This document shows, in pieces, positions 35,367-42,489 of a stretch of DNA of 42,489 nt (position 1 is its first letter; every line of letters begins with the position of its first letter). Both the position numbers and the translations under genes were made by a program. Location of the stretch: positions 1 through 42,489 of the forward strand of contig JASVEC010000144.1 of NCBI GenBank assembly GCA_030770535.1, written 5' to 3'. A model generated the notes under the pieces. It saw only the letters and a program-made list of their open reading frames with translations. It was not told the origin of the DNA and did no database searches. This DNA is from Batkoa obscura (lineage: Eukaryota).

Positions 35367-36299
35367 TCAAAGCAAGCTAGTTTTTCTTTTACTTAAAATA
35401 GAAAATGAAAATCTACGAATTCTTAATGGGGTTGTAGGAGGCACTAGAAAATCCCAGGACTTTTTAGACCTTAACATAAAGGCATTTTCATCCATTTCTT
35501 TCCCTTTAGAAGCAGTATCTATTAATATATTAATTAAGGCAAGGTCTTTATGTAACTCATCGTCTATATCTTTAAATTGATTTAGAGTATTAACAAGCTT
35601 TGAATGATACTCTTCCAACTGTGTGTACCTTAAACTTTCCTGAAAAAAATTAGAGCATATATAAGTATATATGCATATAACTACCTTATCTACTTCTTGG
35701 AATTGAAGCTTAATTAGAGTTCTTATGACATAAATGACTCTAAAATTAATCAGTATATAAATGGATATTCTTATATGTGCACTAGAGTCAAATAAATAGA
35801 TGATATCGAATAGCAGGCATATAGAAATAAGGAAAATATCTAAAACATTGAATAAAGAACTAAAGTAACTCTTAAAGCCAAGGTAATAACCTCGCAATAT
35901 GGCTTCACATAGAAATAAGATAAAAATAACAATATTCGTGTATAAGGAAGCTTTTAATAATGAAACATTAAACGGGTTGTTTGGTACTTAAAAAAAGTAT
36001 TAGCTTTATAAAATGTAATGAAAATAAAGAACAGTACCTATAAATAAATCGGATATGGATAAAAATAAGTTCATAAAAGCTAAAATAGTGACTGTATACA
36101 AAAAAGATTTTTCAAAAATTATAGTCGCAACTTTCCTTTTAAAATATATAGAATAAGGTTCATTATCAGCTCTGTTATAGGTTTCTTCATTAGTTATATT
36201 GTACTCTGCATCTAAAGCTTGTAGTTCTTGAACTACGCTCCGAAGGATCATAGCTTTTTCTACCACTAAGCCTTCATGTTCAAAATATTTTTCATCCAT
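35367..36299 (-). CDS. Stand-alone voltage-sensor-domain-like (Hv1/TMEM266-like) four-TM protein, 3 exons (36299-36038, 35986-35685, 35639-35367)
   Basis: Four hydrophobic helices: S2 ILFLCEAILRGYYLG, S3 YFSSLFNVLDIFLI, S4-like RISIYILINFRVIYVIR, then a coiled-coil-like segment; no pore domain. Confidence 0.65.
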
Positions 36300-37734
36300 C
36301 CTTTTAAAAAGTAAACTTTTGTTAAATTTATTTTTTAAATACTATTCACTAATTTTAGTTGATCGTATATCCCCATTTATTTACGTTAAATTTTTGTCTA
36401 AAATTTAAATGAAGTTGAATTTGATAATCAAAATTTAATTTAACTTAAATTAAGTTTTCAACCATTCTAGATTTCTAATAAATAAAATAGTAAAAAGAAA
36501 TTACTGTTAAATGTTGCGCTAACAACCATTGTTTTTACAAATAATTTTATTCCTTTTTATTCTTATTTATAAAGTAGACACTCATTTTTTGAGTTATGTT
36601 AAATAAGTATGACATTCTAATGATTAAAATTAAAATATTTAAAGAATACAGTTAAGAATTATAAAATTTGGTTAATTTTGTCTTAAAGATGTTATTGATT
36701 TTGATATTTGATTTAAACAGGATAGATGCATCAAGGCCTTTTATAACTAAACAAATTAGGCCTTTTAATTATATTGTATAAAAATATCTAAATAATACAA
36801 GCATTTTGCTTGTAATTTTATATGCTAATATTGTAAACAGTTACATTAAAAACTTCATTTAAAATAATTTGTTTTTAAAGCAGATGATTTTTTTATTAGA
36901 TTGTTAATAAACCACTGTTATTAATAATCGAATAGTTAAAAAAGTATAGTTGCATCTCTTTATAATATCTTATAATAACCTCAATAATTACAATAATAAG
37001 TCACAAATCCAATTTAAAATCGGAACAGTATTGAGAAAAGTTTAAAACTTGTTTTTACTGGTAGGATAATATTAAGCCAATCAAAAGTGTGAACACAGGA
37101 AAGTGATGCAATAAATAGATAATTCATACTTTTGATTAGCTATTAATATTAAATATGATCTAATAATATCCATTTATAATTATTTAAGCCCAAAAAGAAG
37201 CAAAGTATTTTTCGATAATAAATTACCGAGCCAGTAAAATCGTTCTATCTATCTCATTAATTGCTTAAACAGCTCCACTCAAATATGTGCTTAAAGCCAA
37301 TAAAGAATCACTATAGCATCTTCTTCACAAACGATTGGTTTAAATTTTTATTTTGATCTTGAGGGGGAAACTATGGGCTTAAAAAAACAAACCAACTAAA
37401 CAGCCAAGTTAACGGGTAAATCAAATTAATACCAATTGTTCATAACCCACTTTAAATATTAATTTCTTTTTAACTAAGAATTTGAGGATTGTGGCTTTGA
37501 ATTGAATTTCTATAACTCTATCTCAACTTCCTTTAAAACTATAAACTAGTGTCTATCCAAAGTACATTAAGCTTCCTATATTTAATAAGACTATACTCTC
37601 TGTAGGTATTTTCTTTTATTTTCTCTGTTCTTATTCTTAATTTAGAGTATTTTTCCTTTAACATCAACTTATTAAATCCCAAACTCATTATCTCACTCAT
37701 AGAAATATCATTAATATTTACATAATTCATAAAA

Positions 37735-38472
37735 ATGCAGACAATTAAATGTGTAGTAGTAGGTGATGGTGCCGTCGGAAAGGTATTTTAATTATTTAAA
37801 ATTATGTCAGCTTGAATTAATTTAATTTAATTTAATTTAATTTAGACTTGTCTTCTTATTTCATACACTACTAACAAATTCCCCTCGGAGTATGTTCCAA
37901 CCGTAAGTGACTCTAGATATTTATAAATTTATGTTCAAGCTTTATTAGGTATTTGACAATTATGCCGTTACTGTTATGATAGGTGAAGAACCTTATACTC
38001 TTGGTCTTTTTGATACAGCAGGTAAATGACTATCACATTAGTAAAATCTCATTTATTTATTATTTTAGGTCAGGAGGATTACGATCGTTTAAGACCTCTT
38101 TCATACCCTCAAACTGACGTATTTTTGGTTTGCTTTTCAGTAACATCCCCAGCTTCATTTGAAAACGTTAAAGAGAAATGGTTCCCAGAAGTACACCATC
38201 ATTGTCCAGGAGTTCCATGTTTAATTGTTGGTACTCAAATGGATCTTCGTGATGATCCAGCAGTTATTGAAAAGCTTGCACGTCAACGCCAAAAGCCAAT
38301 TTCCACAGATCAAGGTGAACGTTTAGCTCGTGAGCTCAAAGCAGTAAAATATGTAGAATGTTCAGCACTTACTCAATCTGGACTTAAGAATGTATTTGAT
38401 GAAGCTATCGTAGCAGCTTTAGAACCACCAGTTACTCGAGGAAGTAAAAAAGGAGGCTGTACTCTTTTATAA
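37735..38472 (+). CDS. CDC42: Rho GTPase Cdc42, 4 exons (37735-37782, 37846-37902, 37949-38021, 38069-38472)
   Basis: [47 protein letters not shown]...[28 protein letters not shown]. Confidence 0.97.
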
Positions 38473-39299
38473 TTTGAGAGAATTAAACCATGGGAATTAG
38501 CATTCCATAAAGAACCCTATTCGATTTAACATCCATGAAAGCGCGTAAATTTTAATCCATTTTCCCCTTTTCTTTTATTCATAATAACATTGTTTAAACT
38601 ACTCATAAAATAGTTTCGGTAATTTTTTTATTTGGCTATCTTTAAGATTGAATTTAATTAGTATTATTATCATAGAATCTTTATATTCAACTGAAGTCTT
38701 TTTTGTTAGATTAAATATGAATATATATTACATCTAGCTTATACTATTTATAATTGAATTTAATCTTTCTTATAAGACAATAGAATAATCGTTAGGACTA
38801 CTTCAATCTTTATTTACATTAAAATATTAAGCCTTTTATCAACTGGTAAGCTTCAAGCTATATGCTAAATAACCAACACCTCAAACATCTTGTAAGTAGG
38901 ACTGTTATACTACAATATTGTGTATAGCTATATAAACTATATTATTGTACATTTTATATATATAACTTAGCTTTAATAGATTTAAAAACAATCATAAGAT
39001 AGCAATATACTTAATATATTTATCATTTACTCTATTTTTGAAGTTAATAATAACTATTACTTGTCAAGATCATTTTCTAATATAAACTTAGGTTAATTCT
39101 TTTGTTTGTTATTTGAAATAATTATATATGCTAGATTGCTAAATAAGTCACAATGAGCATAAAAAATAAGTGAATTATAAAATTTAGCCAATTAAATAGC
39201 ATAATTCACTCACATAATAATAGTATAAATAAATTAGTTTATAAATTTAAGGAGTAATAGGTATAAATAACAATCTTAATTAATTTTGTGACTTTTAAG

Positions 39300-40390
39300 A
39301 TGTCAACTACAAATAGCAACAAATTTTTAAAAATCGATATTCATACTCATATACTACCAAAACAATTACCAGACTTATCTCGTAAATATGGTTATGGTTC
39401 TTGGGTTTCTTTGGATCACTTTGAACCTGTAAGTAGTTTACAGCTATTAAATAATAATATATTAATCTGATTTAGGGTAAAGCAAACATGATGAAGGATG
39501 GAAAAAACTTCAGAACCATCGAATGTAACTGCTGGTCTTCATCTCAACGTATAAAAGAGTGCAATGATACTGGAGTAGATGTTCAGGTCATTTCTACTGT
39601 CCCAGTTATGTTCAACTACTGGGCAAAACCTCAACACACTTTAGATCTTGCTAAATATTTAAATGATCATGTAGCTCAAACAGTAGCTGAGGATCCTTCT
39701 AGATTTATTGGCTTAGGCACTTTACCTATGCAAGCTCCGGATCTTGCCATTCAAGAGATGAAACGTTGTGTTAATGAGCTAGGATTACCTGGGGTACAGA
39801 TAGGCTCTCATATCAATGAATGGAATTTAGATGCACCAGAACTAGATCTCTTTTTTAAAGCAGCAGAAGAGCTTGGGTGTGTTATTTTTGTTCATCCTTG
39901 GGATATGGAAACAAAGGGGCGAATGGAAAAATATTGGTTTCCCTGGCTTATTGGTATGCCTTGTGAAACCACTATTGCCGTTTGCTCCTTAATCTTTGGA
40001 GGTGTTTTTGATCGCTATCCTAAACTTAAGGTTTGCTTTGCCCATGGAGGCGGATCGTTTTTGGCTACCTTAGGTAGAATCGATCATGGCTTCAATGTAA
40101 GACCAGATTTGTGTGCCACACACATTAAGAAACCACCTTCTAGCTATTTAAAACAAATCTTTGTTGATTCTTTAGTTCATGATTTAGATGCCTTAAAGTT
40201 TATGGTTGGTAAAGTAGGTGTAGATAATATTTTATTAGGTTCTGATTATCCATTTCCGCTCGGTGAACATCATCCTGGTAAACTCATTGAGGATGCTTCT
40301 GAATTTAGCGATGAGGATAAAGAAAAAATGTTATCTGGGAATGCATTGAAACTTTTCAACTTAAAACCTGAGAACTATTTGCGCAACTAA
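39300..40390 (+). CDS. ACMSD: 2-amino-3-carboxymuconate-6-semialdehyde decarboxylase, 2 exons (39300-39428, 39476-40390)
   Basis: KIDIHTHILP, STVPVMFNYWAKP, FVHPWDM, WLIGMPCETT, FAHGGGSF and LGSDYPFPLGE. Confidence 0.93.
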
Positions 40391-40608
40391 TTTGATGTAT
40401 ATTATGGCTATGGATTCATTTACTTCTACTATTATTATTAAATGATATTGTTTTTATCACTATATTTTATTTTATTGTATCTATTTGTTATGAGCCATCT
40501 TTTATTCTTTTTATAGAGTCTAAAATGGTGTAATATTTATCCCTGATTTTTAATAATTTAGAATCGTGGTACTTGATTAAAACTATCTTTAATTTCTTAA
40601 AGTATAAA

Positions 40609-41104
40609 ATGGATTACACGAACTTAGAGTTAAGATTAAACACGCTAATAAACCAACAAGTAGAAAAAATCCAGACCGAAATAAAGTCTAACAATGACTT
40701 ACCAAATCACCTTATACCAAGTTCTCGATTATATGTTAATAAAGAAGAAGGTTTATTATTAATAGAAATAAAGACCAAAAAAGTAATTTCAAAATTTTAT
40801 TTAATAAATTAAAAACTAAAAGAGTACTTAGGGGATTAAGCTAGACATAACAACTTTGAAATACTATCAACCATTTATAAAAATAGCTGGGAACTGTCTT
40901 TCAAAGGTGAGTGAGATTGAGCTTGGGCTACCTGATTTAGACCAACATTCTTTGGTCCCGAAGTTTTATCAACAGGAAAATAGACAATTTGAATTAACTA
41001 TTACTTTACCTCATCATTTCGGTGAATTACCAACGGATATTCATTATATTCATGCTAAGTTTGTTGTTCCTAATCTCCTTAAGATCTATATTCCTATTGT
41101 TTAA
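40609..41104 (+). CDS. Divergent HSP20/alpha-crystallin-like protein, 2 exons (40609-40782, 40832-41104)
   Basis: A phase-0 intron joins two ORFs; RQFELTITLP...IHAKF..NLLKIYIP resembles the alpha-crystallin C-terminal strands. Confidence 0.6.
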
Positions 41105-41316
41105 GTTTTTACTTATGAAATAGTCAAGAATTCTTAAATATCGCTTTCAGATAATATATTATAATCTTATTCAAATATAGTTATCTAAACTAAAACAAGT
41201 AATGTTTAAATTTATACATTATAACTATCAATTATAAAACAACAGATAATTAATAAATAGTAATCATCAGACCCTTTAATGAGCATAATAAAAAACTTTA
41301 ATAACCTTCTATTTAA

Positions 41317-41739
41317 TCAAGCGTTATAATACATCGCTATTGTGTAACTCCTATGATTCTTAATAAAGACTTTACTATAATTTTAATTAAAATTGGGTTT
41401 ACTTTTTAGACGAAAAATAAACTACCTGTTTTTCAACTGTAAACAAATACTCGGGTTCTCATTTTCTTTATTGTGAAACTCTCCAATTTCTTTGACTCTA
41501 CGACCAATACTCGCTAAATATCCTGAAGCGGATGAACTGGCTGTTCCTCTTGCTAAAAATTAATTTCGAGATTTATATAAATATATTATAATTAACTACC
41601 TAATAAGCAAAGCCCATTGTCATCTGTAATTAAAATGCCATTGACAGATTCATCTGCTAAACTAAATTTTAAAATTTGCAGAATGTTATTAAAGGTGAAG
41701 TTACCATTCTTCTATCATTTTATCAATTTCACTATCCAT
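41317..41739 (-). CDS. LAMTOR5: Ragulator subunit LAMTOR5 (HBXIP)-like, 4 small exons
   Basis: Spliced ~90 aa: MDSEIDKMIEECLADESVNGILITDDNGLCLLARGTASSSASGYLASIGRR...ENPSICLQLKNSKVFIKNHRSYTIAMYYNA. Colinear with the LAMTOR5 pattern GxLxTDxxGLxLxxRG...PxxCL. Confidence 0.82.
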
Positions 41740-42090
41740 TTTGTTAAGAATGAGGACGTATTTTTTAAAATTAGGTTTTAGTCAAAAAGCCTGTTCTTTT
41801 TGATTTAGATCATTTATCAAAAATGTTTTTGATAAATAATGCTAATTCATCTAAAGTTAAAGCTATATTTTTAATTCAATAAATGGATTTATTCATTGTT
41901 ATATATATTTAATTTTTTACTATTATTATAAACTATAGTAAATAAAAATTTAGCTAATAACTCATTATTGAGTTATGGGATCACTGCCAAATGAGTCTTA
42001 TTTAGAAAAATTAAAGTCTGGTTTTCTAAAAGTAAGCTATTTTTTAGCCTATTTTAATGTTCAAATAAATTCAAACCAACAATTAATGCT

Positions 42091-42489
42091 ATGATTTACT
42101 CTTCATATAACTTAAGTATATTTACTGTCAATGCCTATACCAACATTAAAATAACATCAGGTTTTATTATTAGAATTACTAACCAAAAATCAGTTGCCAG
42201 TTTTTTAACCAAGTTGAATACCAGGGTAGAAACTACATTAATTAGTTCAAATTTAAATGGTCCTATTTTTATAGTACAACGTTATTTGAACACAGTATCA
42301 GAAAGGAATAATCAGTTAGATATTTGTTGTAATAGGGGATCTGAACATGTTAAAGACAGTAACTTTATGAAGAACAGTGAAGAAGCGAATGTAAGAGTTA
42401 CAATATCAAAAGATGAATATAGACAGTCGGAGTCAAATAATTTAGCTCAACAAACACAAAAAAGATGGAAGAATATAATAGGCTGGGAG
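42091..42489 (+). CDS. Partial ORF of unknown function running off the window end
   Basis: Stop-free frame from 42058 to 42489 (>140 codons) in very AT-rich DNA; start uncertain, with a possible upstream exon from ATG 41975. Confidence 0.5.
   Translation, partial: MIYSSYNLSIFTVNAYTNIKITSGFIIRITNQKSVASFLTKLNTRVETTLISSNLNGPIFIVQRYLNTVSERNNQLDICCNRGSEHVKDSNFMKNSEEANVRVTISKDEYRQSESNNLAQQTQKRWKNIIGWE

Noticed and set aside
37815..37845. (AATTT)n run in CDC42 intron 1
   Set aside because: Ordinary microsatellite in an AT-rich intron.
41752..41770. GAGGACGTATTTTTTAA resembling a MITE end upstream of LAMTOR5
   Set aside because: No body, second end or TSD; likely chance similarity.

Overview
AT-rich eukaryotic DNA with short (~45-90 nt) GT-AG introns. 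The gene set and style suggest an early-diverging fungus, plausibly Entomophthorales-like (inference only). The window has two parts. About 2.5-31 kb is a transposon-rich block: ~23 copies of a ~97-bp MITE (GRG...CYC ends, 4-bp TSD), a Sola2-type DDD transposase pseudogene whose core frame is restored by removing a nested MITE and a solo LTR, four copies of a ~463-bp solo LTR, a tandem cytochrome P450 pair (one intact, one pseudogene, with a probable gene-conversion tract), an intronless F-box/LRR gene, a PRS5/PRPSAP-like gene, pinin and an orphan secreted Cys-rich protein. About 32.8-42.5 kb is gene-dense and lacks these elements: REEP/Yop1, GPN2, a stand-alone voltage-sensor-domain protein, CDC42, ACMSD, an HSP20-like gene, LAMTOR5 and a partial ORF. 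A REEP paralog and a GH16 glucanase lie at the left end. No rRNA, tRNA or CRISPR array was found. The most notable system is the Sola2-like transposase with its cognate ultra-short MITE, which inserts into its own master element and into itself.
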